From the NCBI GenBank assembly GCA_013265495.1, contig MU057744.1, forward strand, positions 1,997,370-2,061,369: a stretch of DNA of 64,000 bases, read 5' to 3'. Both the position numbers and the translations under genes were made by a program. The notes beneath the pieces are model-generated. The model was not told the origin of the DNA. It was given only the letters and a program-made list of their open reading frames with translations, and made no database searches. The first letter of the stretch is position 1. Every line of letters begins with the position of its first letter. Of the stretch, positions 27,646 to 39,723 are shown in pieces. Origin of the DNA: Vicugna vicugna (lineage: Eukaryota).

Positions 27646-28069
27646 TTTCGTGATTCATAATACCATTTAAAACTGGCCACAATGTAAGTGTTTGTCAAAT
27701 GGAGATGGTTCAGTATAGCCTGGGGCTGGCACCGCACTGCTCTTGCTGTGGTATGTTACCTGCTTCGCAATGTGTGTCGACAGGTGTGGTGCCCCCAGGG
27801 GTGGACTTCACTCCCTCAGGAGGCACACCCTGCAGGGGGGTTCGGCAGACCTGAGTAGGGGGCCCCTCATCAGTGCGACTGCCGTGACGTCAGCGGTTCT
27901 TAGAACCCTGGATTGAATAATCTATTTGAAACACTACCTTATCTTTGCCTAAAAAGAGAATACAAGCATTTAGCAGGGCCCATGGCCCACACCCTGAGGG
28001 GTGACACCTGAGGCTTGAACCCGAAAATCCAGGGGAGCTTCCGTGTAGACTGGGCTGTATTTTGTTAGT

Positions 28070-28210
28070 TTAATTTATTTATTATTGTATTATTTAACTA
28101 TTTTATTTTTGGGGGGTAATTCGATTTTATTTGTTTCTAGAGGAGGGGCATGAACCCAGGGTCTCATGCATTCTAAGCATGTGCTCTACCCCTGAGCTGC
28201 CCCCTCCCCC
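28070..28210 (-). mobile_element. tRNA-derived SINE (Vic-1-like)
   Basis: T-rich tail then gaacccagggtctcatgcattctaagcatgtgctctacccctgagctgccccctccccc. Confidence 0.8.
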
Positions 28211-28640
28211 TAGACTGGACTTGAAACAGTGCTCGAACTGGGCCTGGATTCTGGTTGCCTGGATGCCCAGGCTAACTGAAGTCTCTATTCTGCGTCCTGA
28301 GTTAAGCCTCTGTGCAAGATGGTAAGCAGACAGAGCCAGGCTCTCGCCTGCTCGCAGCACAGACGACGGGGCTGTTTTTGTGCTGGTGTGCATGCATGTG
28401 TGTGCGTGTGTGTGTGTGCATGTGTGTAAACTTGGGCTGAGCCTTACTTTCTTGTTCCTGGAGGGCAGTAGCTAACTCTCCAATACCTCCGACTTCTCTG
28501 TACCATGATTTACCAAAAAGAACTTCAGATGTCTACATGTCCAATCCGCTGAAGTCGATCTGGCCCTGGCCCTGTTTAATGATAATGCAGATTTATACAC
28601 ACTGACGTGAAGATCTCTGCGCTGTGTGCTGTGGTGTCGG

Positions 28641-28995
28641 TGTATTTGTTACCTATTGCTGTGTGACAAACTACCCCAAAACTTTGTGGCTGAAACCAAC
28701 CGTAGTCATTTATCATCCGTTACAATTTCCGTAGGTGAGGAGTTCGGGCAGGCGTGGCAGACACGGCTTATTTCTGCTCCACGTCGTCTGGAGTTGCCCT
28801 GGGAGACCGGGAGGCGGGGGCTGGAGCAGTGGTACCCCTTCTGCGACCCGGCCTCTGAGCACACACACCCCATCTCTTCCAACTGACTCCACGGGCGGGA
28901 AGCCAGTCGCCAAGCCCGACGCACACTGAGGGGAGGGAACAGGCCCTTCCTCTTAGGCCGAGGAACTCACAGGAATGGTTTAAAACCATCACAGC
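28641..28995. mobile_element. MLT1 (MaLR) LTR
   Basis: tgtatttgttacctattgctgtgtgacaaactaccccaaaactttgtggctgaaacc is a typical MLT1 terminus. Confidence 0.7.
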
Positions 28996-31972
28996 CGGCA
29001 AGAGCAAATGCACAAGGGCACGAGGCATAATCCCACGCTGGTAAATACAAGCGTCTAAGAGGTTTGGAAGAGTCTGTACAAAAGCCTGATGTTTGTTGTC
29101 CTTCACGCCATGTGACTTCTCAGCTGCGCAGAGTGTGTCCGTTTATGGTCCTGAAACGTGGGGGGCGACTTCTGCTTTCCTCAGACATGAAAAGCAACAC
29201 GTAAGTCTGCTGTGAACAATTGGAACTGTTGTTTGAATATAGACTGAGAAGTGAAGTCCCTCCTCATTTCTGCAGTGATTGGAAATGTTGCCTTTTTACA
29301 CATTAAATTCATGACGCACGTGGTTCCCCGCCAGCTCGAGGCTGTCCTGTTGCGGGTGTATCCCCTCCAGAGGCGGCGCGGTGTGCGAAGGCGGAGAGCT
29401 CCGCCCCGGCTTTGGCATCTGCTCGACGCACCAGACCGCGTCTCTCTGACTTTGCTGGCGTTTCCTTCTGCTTGGAGCGTTCTCCTTTCCCTCTTTCCCA
29501 GCCCCCACCGGCCCCCTCCCTGCCCTGCCTCGCTCCGGAGCCCGCGCTGCACCTCGGCCCTAGCCCGCACCCCTTGTGTCGCGATGACCGGGTTCTGACC
29601 CTCGCCCAGCGCTGGGCAGAGAGCCGGCGTTTACGGAGACATCGCTGAGCAGTGGTCTTACTGCTGCCTTCACGAGTGAGCGCGTCCCTGTTCTGTGCGA
29701 AGAAAGTACCAGATGGAGGGGAAACCAGAGCAGCCCCCTTCCCTCTCCCACGACAAACTCAAAGGAGACCTTCGGGGAGATGAGTAAGAGTTCGACTTCC
29801 TGTGATTGCTGTGTCTTCGCTGGGAGGCGGCACACTGGAAATAATCAATGCGTTTTGCTATTTCTGTCTCTGCGTCTGTAGATGTAACAGCTGTGATGGC
29901 TTTTAGGGGTACTTGGTGTGAACAGGAAGGACGTTTATGACCACAGGTAACTAGAAGTCCAGAGGCAGGTGGGCTGGGCGGCTCAGGGATGCCCTCAGGA
30001 CCCCAGGGGCTGCTCCCTGTCTCCACTCTGTCACCTTCCTTTCCTGTGGGCACAAAGCACACGGGCTGCACCAGCGCTCGGTGCCCCCGCGGTGCACCGG
30101 ATACCTGGAACATGAAGAGGTGCCCCTCACATCTGCCTCTTCGGGGCGAGGAGACTTTCCCAAGGCCCCCGGCAGGAGTCCCCCAGCCTCAGGGCCAGGG
30201 TGTGTCCCCACCTGCCCCCCAGAACCAGCTACTAACAAAGGGGTGGGATTACTCTGCGACCAAAGAGGCCTCCTCCTCGAGCCAGAGGGTCCCCTTCACC
30301 CGAGGACATGGATGTCTGGGGGCGGCTTTGGGGAGGTGCCTGCTTCTCATGACAGCTCCCTCAGGAAGGGAGGCTGGGAGGGGGTCCCAGACAGCTCATG
30401 AACTTCGCTGTTTTGGGGGTGCAGATAAGCACATGTTTAGTGAAGGGTGATGGCTGCAGTAACAACAGTGACAACTCTGAGGATCTCGTCATTTCCTGGG
30501 GTGCGTTTCACGTGCCCTGTGCCAAGCTCATTAAATGTACTGCCGTGGTTAACTCTCATAACTCTTTTCTATCTATTAATGCCAATTTGATTTTTCCATC
30601 TTCCCAAAGCATACTCGGAAGTTTCACGGAAAGAGTGAATGTTGAAAAGCGGTTTGAAGGAGGAAAGGACGAGGGGGCCGTGGCCGCAGCAGATATCCTG
30701 GGTGACGGTCCCAGCGAGCGACCAGGCGGGGCCAGCAGAAGGCTTGGGGGTCACGGGTGACAAGGATCTCGGTTCAGGGAAAGGGTCACGGGGTAGTTGG
30801 CAGGTCTTGAAGGTCCCACTGGGGACTGAAATGTGATAGAAGAGCTGTTTTTGAGGCAAGGTGCTCAGATCCTCAAAGCATTAGCTGGAGCCAGACTGTG
30901 ATAAACAAATTCATGCCAGGTCATCTCCTGTTAGTGACTTAGGCCACCCATGGTTTGGACACCCCGGCTGCCAAAGGCAAGAGTGCAAAGGCGGTTATTC
31001 AAACACAGTAACCAGCGGAGGGGCCGGAGCAGCAAGCCCGCCTGTGCGCTCCAGGGCCCCGTGCCGAGGCCACTGGCACCCTCCTACTTGCACGGCCCTG
31101 CCAGCACCTGGAACGTGACACAAAGCCAAGGCAGCTGCTATTCGATACTTCCAAATGGATGTGGGGAAAATAAACAGAAATAGCAAACAGGGGAGGACGG
31201 AGGAGAGAGAGCTACCGTGGAAGGGCGTGGTCTCCCAGGTCAGAACATCCAAATCCCAGTTTGGAACAGCAAGTGGGTTCCTGAGCGCTGGGATTCTCTG
31301 GTTCCCAGGCCTCAACCAGGCTGGACCGTCACAAAGCAACGACTCAAAGAGCAGTTTGACATCTGCAGTGGGCTGCACTGTGTGTCTTGGAAAACCAGGT
31401 GTGTGGACTTCTCCTCCTCCCTCCCCGTTCTTAGAACCTTTAGCGGGGTGCTGCAGCCCAGCGGCTGCCTGCTGGGTGCTGGGGGTGGGCCGCGGGCAAC
31501 ACTGATTCACTCCCCGTTCAATCCTGGAGCGTTTACTGGCCGTCTGCCCGAGACACCTATTCGTCTATGTAGCATCGATCGCACGACTCAGGAATGTCTT
31601 TTTTTAAAAGTTATAATAACATAATATAAAAGGCAGATAATACTACTACTTCGCAGGCTGTTGTGGGTAGTATTGTAGTAGTATATTATAACAATAATAT
31701 AATATAATATGTATAATATATATTATAATCCATGGAAATGGCTTACACAGTGTCTGGCATGTGATACATGCTAAAAAATGGTAATGACTATTTTGTGTTT
31801 CCTAAACATTTATTGCAGGGGTTATAAAATGCACACGCTAATCTTTTCCTTTCGATGCCATCCGTCTCGCAGAAGAACCTTTCACCTAGATGAGTTCACC
31901 AGGGGAGACTTGTGGCTAATTCCACAGCTTGTTTTGTTTTTAATTTTTTGCGGCACATAATTAACATGAAAT

Positions 31973-32542
31973 TGTTGCAGGAAAGTGTGATACAGCTCGG
32001 TGTTACAGCTCAGTTGTGACAGCAGCCTGGATCTGGGCGAGAGACCAAGCAGCACTCAGATGGTTGGAGAACTCAGGTTTATTACACCATCGAGCCCAGA
32101 GGAGTTAACAGTCCAAGCTCTGGACCCCGTCTGTAGGTTTACACAGGCCTTTATAGGCTGCTAGTTTACACTTTGCAACATCATATGCAAATAAGTATAA
32201 CAAAAGTTGACTAATTAGGAACAAGCTTTGTAGAAATGGACCAATCAGGAGGGAGAGAAACAACCAATCAAAAGTGAAGGAAATGGGCCAGTCAGGAGTG
32301 AGAGAAATAACCAATTAGGAGTGAGCTCCATGCAAATGAAGTACTACAAATGGGCCAATCAGGAGTGAGCTCAGGGAAGCAACAGAATTTCAGGGGTAAG
32401 TTCCACTTTCCTAGAAGTTAGCCGTTTCAGAGGCAAAAAGTGAGGTAGAGCCACTGGGCCAGGGAACCGGACGGTGCTGGCAGGAGAACAGTGGCCCTGT
32501 CTGGGGGTCCTGCCGGTCTTTTTTACGGGGCTTCCCGCCTCA
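31973..32542 (-). mobile_element. Solo ERV1-type LTR, intact
   Basis: TG...CA termini, 4-bp TSD aaat (31969-31972 and 32543-32546). On the - strand the order is CCAAT array, TATAAA (32155-32150), AATAAA (32083-32078). Confidence 0.8.
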
Positions 32543-32902
32543 AAATAACAGTGTATCACAATTGCATTATGTAAATAACACTGCTTTGGTGCTCTGTCCG
32601 CTGCCCCAGGAACAAATTCTGGGAAATTTCCGTCAGGCCTCAGCAGGGTAAGTCCTTTCACTGGGCGCCCCGACTGCAGTCGTTAAAGTGTCCATATTTT
32701 AGCCAAAACAAGATGGTACCTGAGGGACTAGAGATTTAAAGAAGGTGACAGTGACGGTGAGGGACTCGTTTCATGTAGACAGCGGGGCAAACGAGGGAAA
32801 GGACCCGTTTCCAGGAGACGCAGCGCGCCGCGTCGACTGGTCCGCAAGGAAGGGCACCGAGCCCGGGGCGCCGCAGGGCTCCCCGTCACCCGACAGGAGC
32901 CG

Positions 32903-32920
32903 CTCCAGCAGAGGGCGCTA
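32903..32920 (+). promoter_or_regulatory. Candidate CTCF site within a CpG island (about 32780-33500)
   Basis: CTCCAGCAGAGGGCGCTA closely matches the CTCF core CCAGCAGRGGGCGCT. Confidence 0.55.
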
Positions 32921-33689
32921 AGCGCGTCTGCACGGTGACCGCGGGGAGGGCTGACTCACGGGCCTGAAGTGGGACTTTGGCAGCGGCTTCCTCCCGGCCG
33001 TCGCTGTGAAAGGCCTTCTTTATGGCCGTGTTCCCTGCCCTGTCGCGCAGCTTCCTGGGCAGACGCTTGCGGCTCGGCCCCCGGAGGGGACAAGGAAGAT
33101 GGCTCTCAGGCCAGGCGCGGAGCACCAGGCAGAGGCACAGAAGCGCGCGGACCCGGGCTCGGCCCACCCCCCGCCCCGGGTCTGCTCTGGGGAGCTCGGC
33201 ACGAAAGCCAGCACGCACCCCCGGTCCTTCTGCCTCGTGGTCGGGTCAGAGCCGTCCCGTGAAGGGCGCTTCCCCGAACAGACGGCCCTGCTGAGCCCAC
33301 GGGGGACGCACAAGAACAGGTGCGGCTCTGCCCTCCGGGCCCTTGTTCTGCGGACAAGAGACAGACGACAGACACACACAGAAGGAGTAAGGGTGGCACC
33401 ACGTGCAGGCGGGCAGGGGAGGGCCGCCTCGTGTCAGCCGAGGGCCGCTCACCCAGGCACGGCTTCCCCGGACTCAGGTGCTGCGGGACACTGACCCTCA
33501 GGAAGGCCGGCTGGGAGTGGGGTGGGGCACTTCTCTGCTTTTTTGGGCTTTTCTATGTGGTTTGGGTTTTTCTCTTTCTACTTCGGACATACCTGTTGGT
33601 ATTCTTATCGGTAGGATTAGGGGCCCTTTTATTGTCTTTACACTTTTTTCTGTTTAGAAATCGTGTACAAACACTACTTTGTGACAAGA

Positions 33690-34600
33690 GACAAAAAGAC
33701 CACAAGTGCTGGGGAGGATGTGGGGAAATCGGGGCTCTCGGACCTTGCTGGTGGGCGTGGAAGATGGTGAAGCCACTTACAGTCACGGAGTTCCTCGGAA
33801 GGGTCGGCACGGTGCTACCGCGCGACCCAGAAGGTCTGCTCCTAGGTGCAACGCCGAGAGCAGAAAGCGCGGGTCCACACGGGAACGCGCACGTGAACTC
33901 CCAGCCGCGGTGTTTTCATGGAAGTGGAGCTGATTTACACTGTTGCGCTAGTTTCGGGTGGGCGGCTAGTGGCCCTGTTGTACGTGCGTGTTCTTTCCCG
34001 TTGCAGGTTATTACAGGACATTGAACATACTTCCTGGTGCTCCACAGTGGGTCCTTGTTTATCTATTTCATACATCATGGTGTGTACAAGTTAAACCCAA
34101 ATTCCTCATTTATTCCTCCCTCCCACCCCTTCCGCCTTTGGTAACCGTAAGTTTTTCTGTCTGTGGGTCTGTTTCTGGTTCAGAGCAGCATTCGTCTTAA
34201 TAACAAAAGGCAGAAACCACCCACATGCCCATTGGCTGATAAATGGACACAAATGCAACAATGGACCGTTTCCTGCTGTAAGGAGGACTGAAGTGCAGAC
34301 TCCGTACACAATGAAAATGAACCTCAAAAACATTATGCAGTGAAAACGGGAGTCACGAAGGCCACACGAATTAAATGACTTCATTCACTTATTCATTTAT
34401 TATATGACGTAGACAAATTTGTGACTGTCCGGGGCTGGGGGGGTTGCAAATAGGGAGTGACTTCTAATGGGGTTTCTTGGAGGATGGTGAATATGTCCTA
34501 AAGTCGAGTGGTGGTTGCATAATTATGAATTTACTGGAAACCGCTCAGCTTTCACTTTAAATGCGTGAATTACCTGCAATGTAAGTTATGTCTAAAGCTG
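33690..34600 (+). mobile_element. Old L1 3' segment interrupted by a younger antisense L1 3' UTR (about 33918-34185)
   Basis: acaagtgctggggaggatgtggggaaatc...gacccagaaggtctgctcctaggt resumes at taataacaaaaggcagaaacc (about 34198). The insert is the reverse complement of the 3' UTR type seen at 4180-4460. Confidence 0.75.
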
Positions 34601-35874
34601 TTGGGCTAGGCCAGCCAAGGCTGCTTTCTGAAGGGCCAGTGTTGCAGCTGCTACTGGCTGGTGCTCTTTCTTCGTGGCAGTTGTATTCCTTGATTAAGTA
34701 CTTTTCCCCCAGGGAAGACGTGAGCTGTGGTGTTTTAACAGGAACTCTAACGTCTGGGTTTCGTGACGGTCAAACGATAGACATTTGTTTGTTGGGGGCC
34801 TGGTTTCTGATGAAGGGACAGTCCGTGGTTACGGTGAAGCGTCTCCTTCCCTGGCAGCCCCAAGAGTTGGGCGGGAGGGGGGCTGCTGGCAGAGGCTGGC
34901 GGCCTGCCAGCCTTAAAATGCCTGCCTGGTCAGGAGCGAGAATCTGGTTAGAAGCCAGCCAGTCGTCCTCTGGGATTTTCTGGGCTCCTTGAAAGCTGGT
35001 TAAATTGGGTCAGATTGGTGTCGTCACCCAGCAGTTCCCTGAGCTCCTGGTCTGGGCCAGGCCCTTTGTCCTGCACAAGGACAAGGGAACTCCCAGGATG
35101 AAAGTCTGGCTTTGCTGAGGTCTGGGTGGCGCAGCCGGCCGTGAAGGCGGCTGGCACAGGGGCCAGACCCCCAGCCACCACCCCCTCCGTCTCAGGGCCG
35201 CTCCCGGGCTGCGGCTTTGCCACAGTGAGGTGTCTGGCAGACAGGTCCCTGGCTCTCTGTCCCCAGGTTGGTGCTTCTCCCCACCCCACCCCGTGTCCCT
35301 AATGTTTACCCCACAGATCGCAATATGGCCAAGTAACCCCCAGGGGAAGAAAGCAGGTGCTTTATTGGAAGAATAACCTCACAGGTATGTTTGACACATT
35401 CTGACAGCCTTCAGAGGGCAGTGCTCCTGTACTGACCAGGGACCAGGCTCAGAGCAAGAACGCTTTGCACACTTGGAGAAGTAGCCGTTACACTCCAACC
35501 CTTCTACTCCAACGAGACTAAGGGACAAAACCTGGCAGGTGTACCCAATATCCCTGAAGCCTGTTCTGGACTTTCTGACCGTAAAGCAGCCCTCTGTCTG
35601 CTGCTCTGTCCTCCACTCCCCGGCTGCTCTGCCTGAGGTGACAGCCTTCGCCTGGTTCGGCCGTTTCTGGGCGACTTGGGAGCCCTGGGGGAGGCGATTG
35701 ATTTCTCTGTGGCCTCTTCAGTCTTTCATGTCAGCAAGGATGGAAGGAGCACTGCTTCTTTGGGAAAAGTGAGAGGAGGTTGGTGAGTAGCAGGACTGCC
35801 TAATTTCCGCTCCCCCCGGCCTGTGGCTGTTACAGCAAAAGCTTGCTCAGACTTTTATTAAACAAAAGCTAGTC

Positions 35875-36632
35875 AGAAAGTCCACAAATGGCAAATGCTG
35901 GAGAGGGTGTGGAGAACAGGGAACCCTCCTCCACTGCTGGTGGGAATGCAGTTTGGTGCAGCCATTATGGAAAACAGTATGGAGATTCCTGAAAAAACTA
36001 AAAATGGACTTACCCTGTGATCCAGCAATCCCACTCCTGTGCATGTATCTGGGGAAAACTTGAATTTGAAAAGATGCACCCAGTGCTCACAGCAGCACTA
36101 TTTACAATAGTCAGCACATGGAAACAACTTAAATGTCCACTGACAGATGAATGGAAGTTGTGGTATATTAATACAATGGAATAGTATTCAGCCATAAAAA
36201 GAATTTTAAAATACCATTTGCAGCAGTATGGATAGACCTGGAGATTGTTATTCTAAGTGAAGGAAGCCAGAATGAGAAAGAAAAATACCATGTGACATCA
36301 CTTATACGTGGAATATAAAAAAAGATACAAGTGAACTTATTTACAAAACAGACTCACGAGACATAGAAAACAAACTTATGGTTACCAGAGGGCTAAGGGG
36401 GTGGGAAGGGATAAATCGGGAGTTTGAGATGTGCAGATACTGACTGGTATACATAAAACATATTCATACTGTAGAGCACAGAGAAGTGCATTCAGTATCT
36501 TGTAGTAACCCAAAGTAATATGAGAAGGCATATATGTATGTACATGTGTGACTGAAGCAGTGTGCTGAACACCAGAAATTCACACATTGTAAACTGACTG
36601 TCAAAAAATTTAAAAATTAAGTAAAAATAAAT
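35875..36632 (+). mobile_element. 5'-truncated LINE-1 with target-site duplication
   Basis: L1 ORF2 end, 3' UTR and A-rich tail; exact 11-bp TSD aaaagctagtc at 35864-35874 and 36633-36643. Confidence 0.93.
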
Positions 36633-37978
36633 AAAAGCTAGTCTTTAGCTTTCAGAAGGCAGAAGTGTGCTGTCGTGGAGACACAAGAGCACATCCGCAG
36701 CTCCCGGCATGGAGGTTCTGAGCAAGGAATCAGGGAAGTTGCCTTTCCCAGGGAGAGCCAGGAAGCAGGACCAACGGGAGATGGGATTAAGAATGTTCTA
36801 AGAGCCAAAAGTGCAGAGACAGAAAGGTAGAGACAATTTAGTCCTTTTCTCAGGAGGGAGAAGGTTGGGTCTGCAGAGGTTAGATGTTGGGCCGACAGTC
36901 ACACCAGACCCTGGTCTGAACATTCTAGGTGGAGGTGGAGGTGGCAGGGGCTGGCTTCTACTAAAAACAGTAGGATTCCTCCTGAATGGCCACTGATCTC
37001 GGGCGCAGCTTGTGGTTTCCTGTCCCTCCTGTGCCCAGGCCCCGTGAGTAACTTTCCTGCTGGAGGCTGAAATAGTCTAATGTCACCTCCTGATGTGAGG
37101 GGTGGTTACTTCATCAAACATGAAGACCCCGTAAAGCGTTTCCACACGTGCGGCCGACGTCAAGGTGCCGTTTCCAGCCTCCTCCAGCCCCCGGCCCACT
37201 CCCCTCCCTGGGAAGAGAGGAGGCCACCCGTCCCCGGAGCACCGCCAGGACTGTGAGTTATAGAGTCCTTTGCCTGGGATGTTCAGCTTGGGACGTCACC
37301 CCACTCCTACGTCCCATTTCTCTGCTAGTCTTAAGAGCTACTCAACTAGGAAGTGACTCTTTGGTTCTGGCTCGAAACAGCACCTCTTCTGATCACACCA
37401 TTTCCAGCTGGTCATCCACGATCAGATACCTCTTTTTGGCTTTGTTCCGGACATTAGTTTCTGAAGTGTGATGCTTGGAATAGAAAGATCAGGAGCACCC
37501 GAGAAATGCTGAGAAACCAAGCCCCCGAGCCTCAGCCCAGAGCTACCGCATCAGAAGCCCCGGGCGGGGCCGGCAGTCTGCTTCCTCAGCCTCCTTCGGC
37601 CCTGCCGCCCACCGGAGCCCGAGGACCGGCGTCGGGAGGACGCGTGAGGAGCTGCAGGCGAACTCTGCCCGGGCGGTTCCTCTGGGGGGAGAGCTTTGCT
37701 CGCTGCCCCTCAGGAGCGCGCCGGGATCTCTGCTAAGTCTGAGGCCTTTAGTTCTTGTCGATTCTGCTTGAAGTTGTTAATTCACCGACTAGGAAATTCT
37801 ACTGAAATGTTTTTCTATTAAGATGGAAGGGCTGGAGAAAATAGGGTATTTTTTTATTCTCAGATAAAAAAGAAAATGACTTCCAGGCTGGAAAAAGGAG
37901 ACGCCGACAGATGAGCTCAAGAAATTGCTCTTTACCTTTCAAATGAGAAGCGGGCACAGGCTGTTAGTGCAAACGGGT

Positions 37979-37984
37979 TTTATT
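37979..37984 (-). terminator. ZP4 polyadenylation signal
   Basis: AATAAA on the - strand about 20 nt after the stop; very short 3' UTRs are typical of ZP mRNAs. Confidence 0.8.
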
Positions 37985-38003
37985 GACACGCGTGGTCCGT
38001 AAC

Positions 38004-38119
38004 TCATCTCCGCTTCCTGATGGCCAAGCAGGACGCGGACAAGGCCCCTAAGGCGGCTCCGACGATCACGGTTCCAGAGAGGCCGGCCACCCACAGCGCG
38101 CGGGCGTCCACCGGAGACC
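38004..38119 (-). CDS. ZP4: ZP4 exon 12 (transmembrane segment, basic tail, stop)
   Basis: cgcag|GG acceptor. (R)SPVDARALWVAGLSGTVIVGAALGALSASCLAIRKRR*, TGA at 38006-38004. Confidence 0.93.
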
Positions 38120-38328
38120 CTGCGGGGAAGGCGGGCTAGTGCGGGTGAAGCCAGGTGCCTCCGGGCCGGGTGGAGGCTGCCCGTCGTGAGCTATTGGGGA
38201 GAGAGCTGGACAGTCCCTTTGAGGTTCCCGCCGACCAGATCAGCAAGGGGTAAGCCAGGGTGAGGAAGCAGCTGCGGCTTGGCCAGTGGCTCAGGTTCAG
38301 GACCGGAGGTGGGTCCCCTTCCACTCAC

Positions 38329-38445
38329 TTGAGTATTTCCTGAGCTCCTCTGCAGGGTCCCGAGTAGCCTGGAGCAGGATCATGGGGCCCTCGCTGGAAA
38401 CGCGGGCCGTGCTGTTCTGAAGGGGGCCCTCCGAGCGCCTTCTCC
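38329..38445 (-). CDS. ZP4: ZP4 exon 11 (furin site, external hydrophobic patch)
   Basis: aacag|GG to A|gtgag, 117 nt. (R)RRRSEGPLQNSTARVSSEGPMILLQATRDPAEELRKYS; polybasic furin site plus the VSSxGPMILL patch. Confidence 0.93.
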
Positions 38446-39371
38446 CTGTTGGAGAGACGGGGCGGGGATCCGGTAGAAGCCGTGCGCGTGCTGGGCGTGG
38501 TCAGGAACGCGTCCGAAGGGGGCCCGGTCCCCGGTGCGCGTGGCTCCGCTCCTGCCTCAGCGCCTCATACAAACGCGCCGCTCAGGGGAGCGCCCTTGCC
38601 TCGGGTTCACCAGAGAAGCTGGACTGTCCCCAGCGGTCACCCCTCCTGACGGAGGTGGGGGCACAGCGGCACTTGATCCTGAGGCCCCGCCCGCGACGCG
38701 AGGGAGACCGGGAGGGCGGGGACAGCCGCGCCCCCGCCGTTTCTAGTGCCGGCTGTCGCGCCTCGCAGCGCTCCCAGTGCGCGTCTCTTAGACTGGACGG
38801 GAGGGCCGCACGAGAAACAGGCGTGGCTCGGAGAGGACCACGTGTCACGTGCCTGTGTGTCACTGGAGTAGCAAGCATGTAACGACAGTTATGAGAAATA
38901 CTATGTTTTTCTTTTTTTTTTTTTTTTTTTAAGGGGCTGGGTAGGTGTTAGTGGATCTGGCGGAAGTGCACACGCTGGGCGCACCGGCCCGGACCAGCGA
39001 GAGCGCACGCTCGGGCTGCAGCCGTGCTCCACCTGCAGGCGCGGCCAGACCTGCCTTCCAGCAGACTTGAAGTCTGTTTGTGTCTGGCTAGACCAGAAGT
39101 GTTTCACCAGACTGAGCCACGGACAGGCCACGAACCAGTCTGCCTCCTGCCTCAGGTCAGGATTCACATGGAAGGAAGCTAAGGCTGAGAGCTAAGAATT
39201 TAGAGCCTACACTTAGAAGGCCTGGGAGTCTCCGCATTGTCAGTGCTTTAAAGGGGCCCCGTTAGTAAGTCGAGCCTTCCGTTTGATTCATTTGCCCACG
39301 GGCTGCAGGCTAGCCCTGGGCCTCCCCTCCACACAGACCTGTCCTCCAGTGTAGACGGCCTGGGTACTCAC

Positions 39372-39450
39372 GCCTGGCAGCGGGACAGGTTACCCGGCAG
39401 GATGCCGCCCCAGTGGGCTGGCAGACGGAGGCGCTGCAGTGCAGGTACAC
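39372..39450 (-). CDS. ZP4: ZP4 exon 10
   Basis: cccag|GTG to C|gtgag, 79 nt. VYLHCSASVCQPTGAASCRVTCPAAR. Confidence 0.95.
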
Positions 39451-39723
39451 CTGGGGGAACAGAACTGGAGTTGCGGTGTGGCCCCGCCCCAGAGGGAGAG
39501 GCTCCAAACCTGCTTCATCTCCCACAGGAAGAAGCTGAGGAAGTTACCGGAAGACTGATGAATGAAACTGATCTCACAGAGGCCCCGGGACACTAGGGCT
39601 AGTTGACAAGCGCCACTCGCGCCACTGGCATCGAGCGCCGCTCGGAGCAGCACCCACAGCCCAGCTCTGCGGGGGCACCCTGGCCGAGGGGGCAGTGGGG
39701 GAACAGTGGAGCTGGGGGCGGGG

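Noticed and set aside
39700..39720. cccccag-CTCCACTGT (QLHCS) in ZP4 intron 9 as a duplicated exon 10 start
   Set aside because: Similarity to VYLHCS is only about 4 codons and does not extend; likely coincidence.
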